Notes under the pieces: generated by a model
Seen by the model: only the letters and a program-made list of their open reading frames with translations
Told to the model about the DNA's origin: nothing
Database searches by the model: none
Source: Bryobacteraceae bacterium
Lineage (GTDB): Bacteria; Acidobacteriota; Terriglobia; Bryobacterales; Bryobacteraceae
NCBI GenBank assembly: GCA_049518655.1
Contig: JBEKRO010000025.1
Coordinates: 2,164-66,163, forward strand
Reading direction: 5' to 3'
Length of the DNA: 64,000 bases
Shown: in pieces, positions 44,389 through 53,543 of the stretch
How the letters are laid out: every line of letters begins with the position of its first letter
Numbering within the stretch: position 1 is the stretch's first letter
Position numbers and translations under genes: made by a program

Positions 44389-46746
44389 TTATCGCGCGGG
44401 CGTCGGCTCCGGATGCAGCGGGAGCAGCATGCCCGTCAGCCGGACCTGCTTGCGCCCGCTGGCCAGTTCCAGCACGATGTGGCCGTCCGGCTGGCTGGCG
44501 CCTTGCCCCACCAGCGTCTCGGCGCCTTGCAAAACCTGAACGTTCGATAGCAACAGCCGAGGCACGCCCGACGATCCGCCCAAGCGATAGGAACCGGACA
44601 TTTCGCGCACCTCCGTGTCGGGCGCGAGCATGATTCCGCGCCCATCAAAGGTGCCCTTCGATCGAAGATTCAGCAACAATGCCGCGCCAATGCCGCTGGT
44701 TTCGAGCTCCCCATCGATATCCATCTGGCCGTTGCGATAGTCGAAATTCTCGACGGTTCCGTTCAAGTCGTAAGATGGCTCGGCCTTGGCAAGATTCACC
44801 GACATCTTCCCGCTGGCGTGCATGCTGTCCAAATGCCACTGCATGTTGGACACGGTGATGGAGGGGCCGCGCCAAACCGCATGCGCAGTCAAATCTCCGA
44901 GCGGGAATTCCGCATTCATCAGATTCACCACTTGCAAGCTGATATCCGCATTGCGCTCGTCCAGCCATTTTGGAAGAGGCTGGTCGCGGCGAAATGCCCG
45001 CGCCAGGAAGCCTTCATTGCGGCGCAGGGCGGGCAGCATCAGGCTCTCTACGTCGGCGAGTTGCAGCTCCGGAATCGTGAGTCGCAGGCGGTCCGGACGG
45101 GCGGCCGAGGCATTGTACCGGTAGTCTCCCTCGAACCTTACCGTGCCGGCGCGACCCCGCATGCGTGTGACTTGAATTCCGTCGTCGTTCATCTGTACCG
45201 TTGCGGAAGAGAGCCGAACGGGCAACGCCAGACCGGGAATGTCAATGACGGCGTTTTGCAGATCGTATTGGCCGGACCAGACATCGGGACTGTCGGCGGT
45301 CTTTTCGTAGGAAATCCAACCTTTCCACGACCCCTGACGAAGCTGCTCGATCAGCGGGATCGGTGCGTTATCCAGCAAGTGGGCGGAGCCGGCCGCCAAC
45401 TCTCGCGTGGTGATGCGGAACTCTGTATGGCTATTGTCGAGCGAGTACTCGCCTTCAATCTGTGCCGACTGCCCGTCTTCCATTTCTATGTCCGAAGGCG
45501 CCAGCACCACCGTGCCATTGGCAATTTGTACCTGAGCCGAATCGAACTGCGCGGAACCGCCCGCGGGAAATTTCACGGATGCGCTGGCCAGCGTCAACTG
45601 CCCTCCCGCGCCCGACTGACTGGAGTAGCCGATGCCGCCTTCTACTTTGCCTTCCACTTGGACGCCGGGCGGGAAGGGCGCACCGAAATGCCGAGCGGTT
45701 TCCACCAGCGACGCGGCGGGAAGATCGTGGAATTGCAGACCGCCAGACCATTTGGGAGCGGCGAGATAGTCGTCTAAATGGAATTCGGCCGAAACCGGAT
45801 CGGGCTGCGCGGGCGTTGCGGCCAGAGTGGCAAGTTCCAGATGATGACCGCTCAGGTTCAGCAGGCCGCGATAGTTGAGCGTCCAGCCCTCGCCGGGGGC
45901 CGGCATCAAGTCCCAACGATGCACGTCGCTAATATTCAGGTCGCCGGTGATATCGAGCTTGGAAAGGGGTCCGCCCAGCTTGGCGTCGGCGAATACATAG
46001 CCGTGGACTCCAATGTCGCTGCCGTGGAACAGGCGGGTCAGCTCGGAAATGGCGGTTCTATCCAGGTGAACGCCCATGCTGAGCTCGCTCTCGCCGTTCG
46101 GGCCGGAGTGCAGCAGTCCGCGTGCGGTGAGTTCGCCAAAGCTTTGCGACGCCTGATCGGTGCGGGCGGGCGCGCCGGAAAAGCGGATCACCACTTCACC
46201 GTTTTCGTTGGGGTAGACGTCTACGTCGGCATCGCTGATATAAAAGACGGACTTGGTATCGCCAAACTTAAAGTTGATCCGACCGCCGCGGATCTGAATA
46301 TCGGGTACGTTGACACGATGTGCCGTGCCCACCTGGGCGTGCCGGTCGAGCAGCGGCTGAATGTTCCAGGGGCCCGATGCCATCTTCACCACGTTGACGC
46401 TGGGTGCGTCGCCCCGCTCTCCCGCGGAAAGGCGCAAGCTGGAAAACGCGAGATTGCCGGAGAACAAGCTGCTCCAGCGGATGCGCGCCTGCATCTGCTC
46501 CACGTGCGCGAAGGGTTCGATTCCCGCGGCCGGATCGTCATCGATCTGGACATCGTCCACGGTAAAGCCGGGCCCGGTGAATAGATTCAGGTGAACGGCG
46601 CCCAGATGGACCGGGCGATTGAGCGCGGTTTCGAGCGCGGCCTGAATGCGCGGTCGAAAACGATTGGCGCTTACCTTCGGCGCAGCTATGCCAACGGCGA
46701 CCACTCCTGCGAGAGCAATCAAAAGCCAGCGCCAGAGAATCCTCAT
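44389..46746 (-). CDS. AsmA-family outer-membrane assembly protein
   Basis: N-terminal anchor MRILWRWLLIALAGVVAVGIAAP followed by a long beta-rich repeat body typical of AsmA/TamB-like proteins. Confidence 0.7.
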   Translation of the reverse strand: MRILWRWLLIALAGVVAVGIAAPKVSANRFRPRIQAALETALNRPVHLGAVHLNLFTGPGFTVDDVQIDDDPAAGIEPFAHVEQMQARIRWSSLFSGNLAFSSLRLSAGERGDAPSVNVVKMASGPWNIQPLLDRHAQVGTAHRVNVPDIQIRGGRINFKFGDTKSVFYISDADVDVYPNENGEVVIRFSGAPARTDQASQSFGELTARGLLHSGPNGESELSMGVHLDRTAISELTRLFHGSDIGVHGYVFADAKLGGPLSKLDITGDLNISDVHRWDLMPAPGEGWTLNYRGLLNLSGHHLELATLAATPAQPDPVSAEFHLDDYLAAPKWSGGLQFHDLPAASLVETARHFGAPFPPGVQVEGKVEGGIGYSSQSGAGGQLTLASASVKFPAGGSAQFDSAQVQIANGTVVLAPSDIEMEDGQSAQIEGEYSLDNSHTEFRITTRELAAGSAHLLDNAPIPLIEQLRQGSWKGWISYEKTADSPDVWSGQYDLQNAVIDIPGLALPVRLSSATVQMNDDGIQVTRMRGRAGTVRFEGDYRYNASAARPDRLRLTIPELQLADVESLMLPALRRNEGFLARAFRRDQPLPKWLDERNADISLQVVNLMNAEFPLGDLTAHAVWRGPSITVSNMQWHLDSMHASGKMSVNLAKAEPSYDLNGTVENFDYRNGQMDIDGELETSGIGAALLLNLRSKGTFDGRGIMLAPDTEVREMSGSYRLGGSSGVPRLLLSNVQVLQGAETLVGQGASQPDGHIVLELASGRKQVRLTGMLLPLHPEPTPAR

Positions 46747-47345
46747 GAGTGCCGTGCCAGCAGATCCGCGTAAGCGGCGGGGTCATCCACGTCCATAACC
46801 ACGGCCGGATCGGCCACTTCGACGTACACCGTTTGCGGAACATGGCGATGAATGACGTCGCTCGCTTTGGCGCCCGGCGGAAGAGCCAGCAACTCAGCAA
46901 TCAATTGCCGCGCGATGCAGACCGGATGGCCGTGTTCGCCCGCGTAAGTGGGGACGGTGACCGGAGCGCGATCGGCGCGAAACCGGGCGGCCAGCGTTTC
47001 AATCGTGGAGGCTTCGATGTTCGGGTGATCGACGGGCAGAAACATCGCGGCGTCCGCGTTAGACGGAACCAGTGCCAGACCGCACTGCAGCGAGCTGAGC
47101 ATGCCGCGCTCGGGATCGGGATTCACAGCGAAGAGAACATCGCGGCCGCGCTGGATTCCGGATCGAATTGGATCGGCGTGCTCACCGACGACGACGATGA
47201 TGGGATCGCAAACTCTGCCGAACACGCGGATCAACCGGTCCAGGAACGTTTCGTCCTGAAATAGAAGCAGTGCTTTCGGAGTGCCCATGCGGCGGGAAGC
47301 GCCGCCGGAAAGAATAATGCCCCCGATTGACGGCGAAGGCGTCAC
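46743..47345 (-). CDS. MobA/MocA-like molybdenum cofactor nucleotidyltransferase
   Basis: The motif GGIILSGGASRRMGTPKALL is an NTP-transferase P-loop-like motif. ATGA overlap with the asmA-like gene. Confidence 0.75.
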   Translation of the reverse strand: MTPSPSIGGIILSGGASRRMGTPKALLLFQDETFLDRLIRVFGRVCDPIIVVVGEHADPIRSGIQRGRDVLFAVNPDPERGMLSSLQCGLALVPSNADAAMFLPVDHPNIEASTIETLAARFRADRAPVTVPTYAGEHGHPVCIARQLIAELLALPPGAKASDVIHRHVPQTVYVEVADPAVVMDVDDPAAYADLLARHS

Positions 47346-48178
47346 TTGAGGACGGCTCGCGACGCCTCACTCGCGAAGATGGATTTGGCGGCGGTGCGCC
47401 ATTCCGATTCCGGCGCGCGGCGGACGGCGATCATCTCGGCCACCACCGAGACGGCGATTTCTTCGGGAGTGATGGCGCCTATCTCGAGTCCCATGGGCGC
47501 GAAAACCCGGTCGAAGGCGGCGCGCGCGATGCCTTCCTTTTCCAATTCCTTGACCACGCCGATCACTTTGCGCTTGCTGCCGATCATGGCGATATATTTG
47601 GCGTTGGTTTCCACCGCCCAGCGCAGCACTCGCATGTCGTCGCGATGGCCGCGAGTGACGATGACGACGTAACTGGTGTCGCGAATGGGGAGCTTGGGAA
47701 AGACTTCTTCGTATTCTTCGGCGAAAACTTCATCGGCTTCCGGGAATCGCTCGCGGTTGGCGAAGGCTTCGCGATTGTCCACCACCACCGATGCAAACCC
47801 GGCCAGCACGGCGACCTTGGAGATGCTTTTCGAAATGTGGCCGGCGCCGAAGATGTAAACGCGGGGCTGGGGAACCACGGGCTCGACAAACACGCTGAGT
47901 TGTCCTCCGCAGATGAGGCCGTTGTCGTACGCGGCGTCCTGGCCAAGGCTGAAGTTCATCTGACGCGGCCGCTCGGTTTCCATCACTTCGCGCGCGGCGT
48001 TCCAGACTTCCGCTTCCACGCATCCGCCGCCGACGGTGCCGATCATGGAGCCGTCCTCGCGCACCAGCAGTTTAGCGCTCTCGTAGCTGGGAATGGACCC
48101 GTTCACCTGGACGATGGTGGCGAGGGCGCACTTCTGGCCAAGCCGGCGCAGGCGGACGACCTCCTCGTATATATCCAT
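47342..48178 (-). CDS. XdhC/CoxI-family molybdoenzyme maturation protein
   Basis: Motifs ALATIVQVNGSIPSYESAKLLVREDGSMIGTVGGGCVE and the Rossmann-like VYIFGAGHISK. 4-nt overlap with the downstream gene. Confidence 0.8.
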   Translation of the reverse strand: MDIYEEVVRLRRLGQKCALATIVQVNGSIPSYESAKLLVREDGSMIGTVGGGCVEAEVWNAAREVMETERPRQMNFSLGQDAAYDNGLICGGQLSVFVEPVVPQPRVYIFGAGHISKSISKVAVLAGFASVVVDNREAFANRERFPEADEVFAEEYEEVFPKLPIRDTSYVVIVTRGHRDDMRVLRWAVETNAKYIAMIGSKRKVIGVVKELEKEGIARAAFDRVFAPMGLEIGAITPEEIAVSVVAEMIAVRRAPESEWRTAAKSIFASEASRAVLK

Positions 48179-48333
48179 TCCCTTGAATTATAGCGTGCGG
48201 CGAGGTAGCGGTAATGGAGGAGGCGTTGAGGCACGGCGCACATAGACGGGCTGGCTGTTAGACGTCAATTTGACCGCCGCTGCCCGACTTAACGAGTGGC
48301 GCTGTCCAGGGGCTCACTTTTTTGGTAGCTGTC

Positions 48334-48918
48334 TCAGCCTGTTAATTCAGTGCCGGCCAGTAATCGCGCCGCAAATACTTTGTCGGCCGAGAGCGCCATG
48401 AGGAACATGCCGCCGTGCTCGCAAAACCACAGCGGACCCACCAACATCGATCCGCCCCAGCACCCGCATGCCACCTGCATGCCACGCATCTCTGACGCGA
48501 CGCCGAGGCCGAGGAAGGCCATTAGTATTGCGCCGGTAGACAGCACCACCCAGCGTACCGGAAAGAGCAGCAGGATCGCGATCGCGACCTCGGCCCAGGG
48601 GATAACAACGGCCAGCGGACGCAGCAACACCGAACTTTCGGTAATGCCGACCTTGAAATCGACGATCGAGCTCGCCAGCACATACCAGGGATTCGTCAGC
48701 TTCACCACTCCGCTATACAGAAACGTGAGGCTCAGGCCGATGCGTGACCATAACACGATCCGATTGATCACGTGCTCATTGATACGGCCTGTGATCCTGG
48801 CGGCCGCGGTAAACAGAAGGCTGCCGGCAACCAGCGCCACGACAGTCCGTGCAATCCAGATTTCCAATACACTTCGCCACATTGAAACTATTCCCCCAGC
48901 CTCGCGGCTACTCCGCAC
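48334..48918 (-). CDS. MauE/DoxX-family membrane protein
   Basis: Four or five TM segments. FLYSGVVKLTNP motif. The start could be the internal Met at 48882. Confidence 0.55.
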   Translation of the reverse strand: MRSSREAGGIVSMWRSVLEIWIARTVVALVAGSLLFTAAARITGRINEHVINRIVLWSRIGLSLTFLYSGVVKLTNPWYVLASSIVDFKVGITESSVLLRPLAVVIPWAEVAIAILLLFPVRWVVLSTGAILMAFLGLGVASEMRGMQVACGCWGGSMLVGPLWFCEHGGMFLMALSADKVFAARLLAGTELTG

Positions 48919-49154
48919 TGAAAGCAGTTTTCGCTGTGAGGATGAAATGCAATTTTCCGCCCGCGAGGGAGTCCATAAGAACCTTAGAGTTACAGGAAAT
49001 GCTGTCGATTACTGTGGCATATGGCTCAACTTCGACCGGATCGTCCCCCAGCTCACATCAGCCGGCGGCTTGCGGCGCCGCACGCGAGTTCTGAGCGAAT
49101 CGTAGGCATGTCGGATACTCACCGCCGCTCGCCTTCCCGACCCCGCATGCTAGC

Positions 49155-49285
49155 ATGAGAGGTTGTCAGGCTCCGGGCTTCGTGCAACGGATGGCTGTGA
49201 ACCCCGCCAGGTCCGGAAGGAAGCAACGGTAACGGTTTAATCCGTGTGCCGCGGATCACCCGGGGTCTGGCATACTCCGCTCATT
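49155..49285 (+). ncRNA. ffs: signal recognition particle RNA (small bacterial 4.5S type)
   Basis: Conserved domain IV sequence GTGAACCCCGCCAGGTCCGGAAGGAAGCAACGGTAA. Closing helices: CAGGCTCCGGG (49167-49177) pairs with CCCGGGGTCTG (49259-49269). ATGAGAGG pairs with CCGCTCAT, followed by TTTTT. Its position upstream of dnaX is the classic synteny. The ends are approximate. Confidence 0.85.
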
Positions 49286-49290
49286 TTTCC

Positions 49291-50907
49291 ATGTACCAGG
49301 TCATCGCCAGGAAATACAGGCCGCAAGCGTTTGCGGAGCTGATCGGCCAGGAGCACGTTCGCACCACGCTCGAAAATGCTATTGCGCAACAGCGCATCGC
49401 GCACGGTTACATCTTTTCGGGCCAGCGCGGGACGGGCAAAACCACGGTGGCGCGCATTTTGGCGCGCTGCTTGAACTGCATCAATGGGCCGACGGCGACG
49501 CCCTGCGGCGTCTGCGCCAGTTGCCTCGAAATCGCGGGCGGCAATTCCCCCGATGTCATCGAGATCGACGCGGCCTCCAATCGCGGCATCAACGAAATGC
49601 GCGAGCTGCGCGAAAACGTGCGCTACCGGCCGGCTCGCGACCGCTACAAAGTTTTCATCGTCGACGAAGCGCATCAGATCACCAGCGAGGCCTTTAATGC
49701 TCTGCTGAAGACGCTGGAGGAGCCGCCCGAGTGGGCCGTGTTCGTCCTGTGCACCACCGAAGTTCACAAGATCCCCACCACCATCGCGTCGCGCTGCCAG
49801 CAGTTCAGCTTCCGCTCCGTCGATTTCGGCGAAGTAGTGAAGCGCATGGAAGAGATTTGCGGGAAGGAAGGCATCCAGACCAATCCCGAAGTGTTGAGCG
49901 TGCTGGCACAGGCGGGCGAGGGTAGCGTCCGCGATTCGCTGTCGGCGCTCGATCAGGCCATTGCGTGCTGCGGCACCACTCTGGATGCGGTGGAAGTGCG
50001 CGGGATGCTCGGGCTGTTTTCGCTCGATTCGCTCAGTGAAGTGACTGACGCGCTCAAGAGCGAAGACTCGCGCAAGATGCTGGACCTGGTGATGGATCTG
50101 GAGCGCAATGGGCGCAGCTTGCAGCACTTTTGCCGCGAGCTGGCCCGCTACTTCCGGAATCTTCTGGTTGCGAAAGTGGCCGGTGTGAATACCAGATTAA
50201 TCGCCGCGTCGGCACGCGAGCAGGAGCGTTTGGCCGAGGTCGCGAGTGGATTTTCAGAAGAAGATCTGACGCGCTATTTACAGCTCACGCTCGATCTATT
50301 TAAGGACCTGCAGTTTTCATTACAGCCCCGGTTGCATTTGGAAATTGGACTGCTGCGCTTGATCCAAGCCGGAAAACTGATGCCGATAGAGGAAGCCCTA
50401 GCCGATCTGGGCAGCGGCGGCGCGCCTCCACCTCCTGCGAGAAAGCCAATACCGCCCGTTCCGGCTCCAGCCACCAGCCAGAAGCCACCAGCCACGACGG
50501 CCCCACCAGCCACCAGCCACCAACCACCAGCCACTACTGGCCCGTGGCGCGACCGCCTTCACTCCGCTCTCCTCGAACTGGGCATGCAGTTCACGGCCGA
50601 CGCCGTGGAGCACTCGCAAGTGACCGAGTCGAACGGTGAACTGCAGTTCGTCACGCCGGAGGAGTTCCGCCTCGCGATGAACGAAAAGGATATTCTGAAG
50701 GTCGTGCAGAAGATTGCCGGGCGGCCGATGCGCATCAAAATCACCTTTGGAGAGCCGGATCGGGTAGCGGCGGCGCCGGGCATTATCAAACAGGACAAAG
50801 CCAAGGACGACGTGTCGGAGCGCGCGCTGGCGCACCCGGAGGTCCGCCGATTCCAGGAGCTGTTCCCGGACGCGCAGGTCCGCGTGGTGCGTAATCTAAA
50901 GGAATAA
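49291..50907 (+). CDS. dnaX: DNA polymerase III subunit gamma/tau
   Basis: Motifs MYQVIARKYRPQAFAELIGQEHV, GQRGTGKTT, the Zn module CINGPTATPCGVCASC, and VFIVDEAH. The listed start at 49246 lies inside ffs, so I chose ATG 49291. Confidence 0.9.
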   Translation: MYQVIARKYRPQAFAELIGQEHVRTTLENAIAQQRIAHGYIFSGQRGTGKTTVARILARCLNCINGPTATPCGVCASCLEIAGGNSPDVIEIDAASNRGINEMRELRENVRYRPARDRYKVFIVDEAHQITSEAFNALLKTLEEPPEWAVFVLCTTEVHKIPTTIASRCQQFSFRSVDFGEVVKRMEEICGKEGIQTNPEVLSVLAQAGEGSVRDSLSALDQAIACCGTTLDAVEVRGMLGLFSLDSLSEVTDALKSEDSRKMLDLVMDLERNGRSLQHFCRELARYFRNLLVAKVAGVNTRLIAASAREQERLAEVASGFSEEDLTRYLQLTLDLFKDLQFSLQPRLHLEIGLLRLIQAGKLMPIEEALADLGSGGAPPPPARKPIPPVPAPATSQKPPATTAPPATSHQPPATTGPWRDRLHSALLELGMQFTADAVEHSQVTESNGELQFVTPEEFRLAMNEKDILKVVQKIAGRPMRIKITFGEPDRVAAAPGIIKQDKAKDDVSERALAHPEVRRFQELFPDAQVRVVRNLKE

Positions 50908-50917
50908 GGCAGAGCAT

Positions 50918-51226
50918 ATGAAACTTCCCGGAAACATGCAGGCCATGATGCAGAAGGCCGAGCAGATGCAGAAGAAGATGCAGGAGGAGATCGCGCTCAT
51001 TCGTGTGGACGCTTCGGCCGGCGGCGGCATGGTGACGGTGCACATGGATGGCAAGAAGAACGTGACGGCGGTGAAGATCGATCCCGAAGTGGCCGGCGAC
51101 GTCGAGATGCTGCAGGACATGGTGATGGCGGCGTTCAACGAAGCGGCCAAGAAGGTGGATGAAGCGTCGCAAGAAAAGATGAGCGGGCTGCTGGGGGGCC
51201 TGGGCCTCCCGCCGGGAATGTTCTAG
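50918..51226 (+). CDS. ybaB: YbaB/EbfC-family nucleoid-associated protein
   Basis: Motifs MQAMMQKAEQMQKKMQE and GGGMVTVHMDGKKNV. Its position between dnaX and recR fits. Confidence 0.9.
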   Translation: MKLPGNMQAMMQKAEQMQKKMQEEIALIRVDASAGGGMVTVHMDGKKNVTAVKIDPEVAGDVEMLQDMVMAAFNEAAKKVDEASQEKMSGLLGGLGLPPGMF

Positions 51227-51253
51227 GCGGGAATTTTCCAGCCACACGCCCCG

Positions 51254-51853
51254 ATGCCGGACTTCGCCGAACCGCTCGCCCGTCTGATTCAGGAGTTCAA
51301 GCGCCTGCCTGGCATTGGACAGAAATCGGCGCAACGGCTCGCTTTTCATGTCTTGCGCAATGACCGGGAAGCCGCCGAGCGCCTGGCGCAAGCGTTGGTG
51401 GATGTCAAAGACAAGCTCGGAATTTGCACCGTCTGTAACAACATCAGCGATGGCGAGCTGTGCAATTATTGCCGCGATCCGCATCGCGATCATTCCGTGA
51501 TTTGCGTGGTGGAGGAGCCGCACAACGTGCTGCCCATCGAAACCACGCGCCAGTTCAGCGGCCTATATCATGTGTTGCACGGATCCATCTCGCCATTGCG
51601 CGGCGTCGGGCCGGAGCAGTTGCGCATCGCGAGTTTGATCGAGCGGATGCATTCGGGCGAAGTGAAGGAACTGATCGTGGCTACCAATCCAACCGTGGAA
51701 GGCGAGGCGACGGCGGCGTATCTGTCGCGCCTGATGAAGCCGCTGGGCGTAAAGGTGACGCGCATCGCGATGGGAATCCCGGTGGGAAGCGATCTGGAGT
51801 TCGCCGACGAAGTGACCATGGGCAAGTCGCTCGAGAACCGCCGAGAGATGTAG
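51254..51853 (+). CDS. recR: recombination protein RecR
   Basis: Motifs [22 protein letters not shown], the Zn finger [16 protein letters not shown], and a Toprim domain. Confidence 0.9.
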   Translation: MPDFAEPLARLIQEFKRLPGIGQKSAQRLAFHVLRNDREAAERLAQALVDVKDKLGICTVCNNISDGELCNYCRDPHRDHSVICVVEEPHNVLPIETTRQFSGLYHVLHGSISPLRGVGPEQLRIASLIERMHSGEVKELIVATNPTVEGEATAAYLSRLMKPLGVKVTRIAMGIPVGSDLEFADEVTMGKSLENRREM

Positions 51854-51866
51854 GGTTCTAGAGTCC

Positions 51867-52391
51867 ATGATCGAGGTCCGGCAATTGACCGCATCGGAGG
51901 GGCGCCAAAGCCTGGGGGCGCTCGCCGACGTATTGGTCGATTGTGTGGAGGGCGGGGCATCCGTTAGCTTCATGGCGCCGTTCCCAAAATCCGACGCCGA
52001 GAAGTTTTTCGAGAAAATCCTGTTTGAAGTCGAGACCGGTGGCCGCATCCTGGTGGCCGCCTTCGATGGTTCCAAGCTGGTGGGGACGGTTCAGGTGGTG
52101 ACCGCTCTGCCGCCCAACCAGCCGCATCGCGGCGAGATCGCGAAGCTCCTCGTTTTGCGATCCGCCCGTGGACAGGGCGTAGCCACCCTTCTCATGCAAC
52201 GCGCCGAAGAATGCGCGAGGCGCTGCAACAAGGCGCTGCTGGTGCTGGACACCGTCACCGGCGGCGATGCCGAGAGATTGTACCAGCGGCTAGGCTGGAC
52301 GAAAGCCGGAGTCATCCCTAATTACGCGCTGTATCCGGACGGCCGCTTCTGCGACACGACAATCTTTTGGAAACATCTATCGGACAAATAG
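51867..52391 (+). CDS. GNAT-family N-acetyltransferase
   Basis: Acetyl-CoA motif LVLRSARGQGVATLLM. Confidence 0.8.
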   Translation: MIEVRQLTASEGRQSLGALADVLVDCVEGGASVSFMAPFPKSDAEKFFEKILFEVETGGRILVAAFDGSKLVGTVQVVTALPPNQPHRGEIAKLLVLRSARGQGVATLLMQRAEECARRCNKALLVLDTVTGGDAERLYQRLGWTKAGVIPNYALYPDGRFCDTTIFWKHLSDK

Positions 52392-52503
52392 GACTGGCAG
52401 TACTTCTTTAACGGTCCTGGTCTTGACCCTCCGCCAGATCCAGGTTTATCCTACTCCGTAGACCTGTGAGTCGGCTTACACGGTCGCAAAAAGGAGATCT
52501 CGA

Positions 52504-52659
52504 ATGGGCCGTTCATTGTTCATGCTGGCAAGCATTCTCGCCCTGGTTTCTGTCCCCGCGTTCGCCGGGGTGGCGGTTACGCCGGAACCGAAGCTCGGGA
52601 TCCTGACGGCGGTTGGCGTCGGTGCAATTGTGCTGATCGCGAGAAAAGTCAAGAAATAG
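52504..52659 (+). CDS. 51-aa miniprotein: signal peptide directly fused to a PEP-CTERM sorting signal
   Basis: Not in the ORF track (under 60 aa). ATG is preceded by AAGGAG at about 8 nt. Translation: MGRSLFMLASILALVSVPAFAGVAVTPEPKLGILTAVGVGAIVLIARKVKK. The PEP motif, TM helix and basic tail match PEP-CTERM architecture. Confidence 0.6.
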   Translation: MGRSLFMLASILALVSVPAFAGVAVTPEPKLGILTAVGVGAIVLIARKVKK

Positions 52660-52679
52660 CCGGCGCTCACTCAACTCCA

Positions 52680-53543
52680 GTGTCCTGGACCGGTATTCAA
52701 GCCAATCTGTACTGGATCCTCTTCTCGGCCGGACTTGTCGCTGTCGCTCTTTGGGAGGTGTTGCGTCCTTGGAGAGCGGCCTCCGAACAGTTGACACGCC
52801 GCTGGCGGAATCACGCCCTGCTAGTCGGGATCTTCGCCGGGGTTTCCGTGTTGGTCTATCGCGCCAGTGCCCTAGCGTTGGCAGTCGCGGTTGCGAACAA
52901 CAAATTCGGCCTGCTCAATAGTCCGTGGCTTCCCCTGGCGGTGCGCTGGATTTTGGGATTTCTTCTGCTCGATCTTCTGCGTTACGGCCTGCACCGCGCC
53001 TTCCACTCGGTTCCACTGCTTTGGAGAGTGCACCAGGTGCACCATTCCGATCCAGCCGTCGATTTATCCACGGGACTGCGGAACCATCCTCTGGAAACTT
53101 TGGCGGCACAAGGCGCCTTTTGTCTGACCATCGCCATTCTTGCTCCTCCGCCGTCAGCGGTTCTGGCGATGGAGCTCGTCGCTATCCTTCAGGCGTTTTT
53201 TTCACACGCTAATGCGAACCTGCCCGTCTGGATGGAGCGGCTCGTGGGGATAGTTGTCGTCACGCCTCAGATGCATCGGGTGCACCACTCCGAAGAGATG
53301 CGCGAACAGAATGCCAATCTGGGCGAAGTCATTCCCTGGTGGGATCGTATATTCGGCACCTACCTGGATTGCCCGGCCGCGGGCTTCGACCGTATGCGAT
53401 TCGGCCTGGAAGGGTCTCAAAACTCCGCTAGCGCTGGCCTTTTGTTTATGCTCTCGCAGCCTTTTCGACCAAGCCCTCGTTCATCGAACGAACTAGATCA
53501 CAGTGAACCCGCCGTCCTCGCGCAAGCCGGCAGCGGTGACTGA
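52680..53543 (+). CDS. fatty acid hydroxylase / sterol desaturase-family membrane protein
   Basis: Histidine boxes HRAFH, HQVHHS, HRVHHS. GTG start. Confidence 0.8.
   Translation: MSWTGIQANLYWILFSAGLVAVALWEVLRPWRAASEQLTRRWRNHALLVGIFAGVSVLVYRASALALAVAVANNKFGLLNSPWLPLAVRWILGFLLLDLLRYGLHRAFHSVPLLWRVHQVHHSDPAVDLSTGLRNHPLETLAAQGAFCLTIAILAPPPSAVLAMELVAILQAFFSHANANLPVWMERLVGIVVVTPQMHRVHHSEEMREQNANLGEVIPWWDRIFGTYLDCPAAGFDRMRFGLEGSQNSASAGLLFMLSQPFRPSPRSSNELDHSEPAVLAQAGSGD

Noticed and set aside
44818-46584. Long + strand ORFs (44818..45777, 45778..46584) antisense to the AsmA-family gene
   Set aside because: They are shadow ORFs. They have no motifs and no start context, and the opposite strand encodes a continuous 785-aa protein with an N-terminal anchor.
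47327-48193. 288-aa + strand ORF exactly antisense to xdhC
   Set aside because: The minus-strand frame carries clear XdhC motifs. The antisense ORF has Gly/Ala/Asp/His-biased composition typical of shadow ORFs in high-G+C DNA.
49291-50907. Programmed ribosomal frameshift site in dnaX (gamma/tau)
   Set aside because: I found no A-AAA-AAG-type slippery heptamer or long A run in the gene. The Pro/Ala/Thr-rich repeat at about 50440-50530 is just the tau linker.
52476-52670. Listed 64-aa minus-strand ORF
   Set aside because: It has no ribosome-binding site or recognisable features. The + strand mini-ORF in the same place has a strong AAGGAG and a coherent signal-peptide plus PEP-CTERM architecture.
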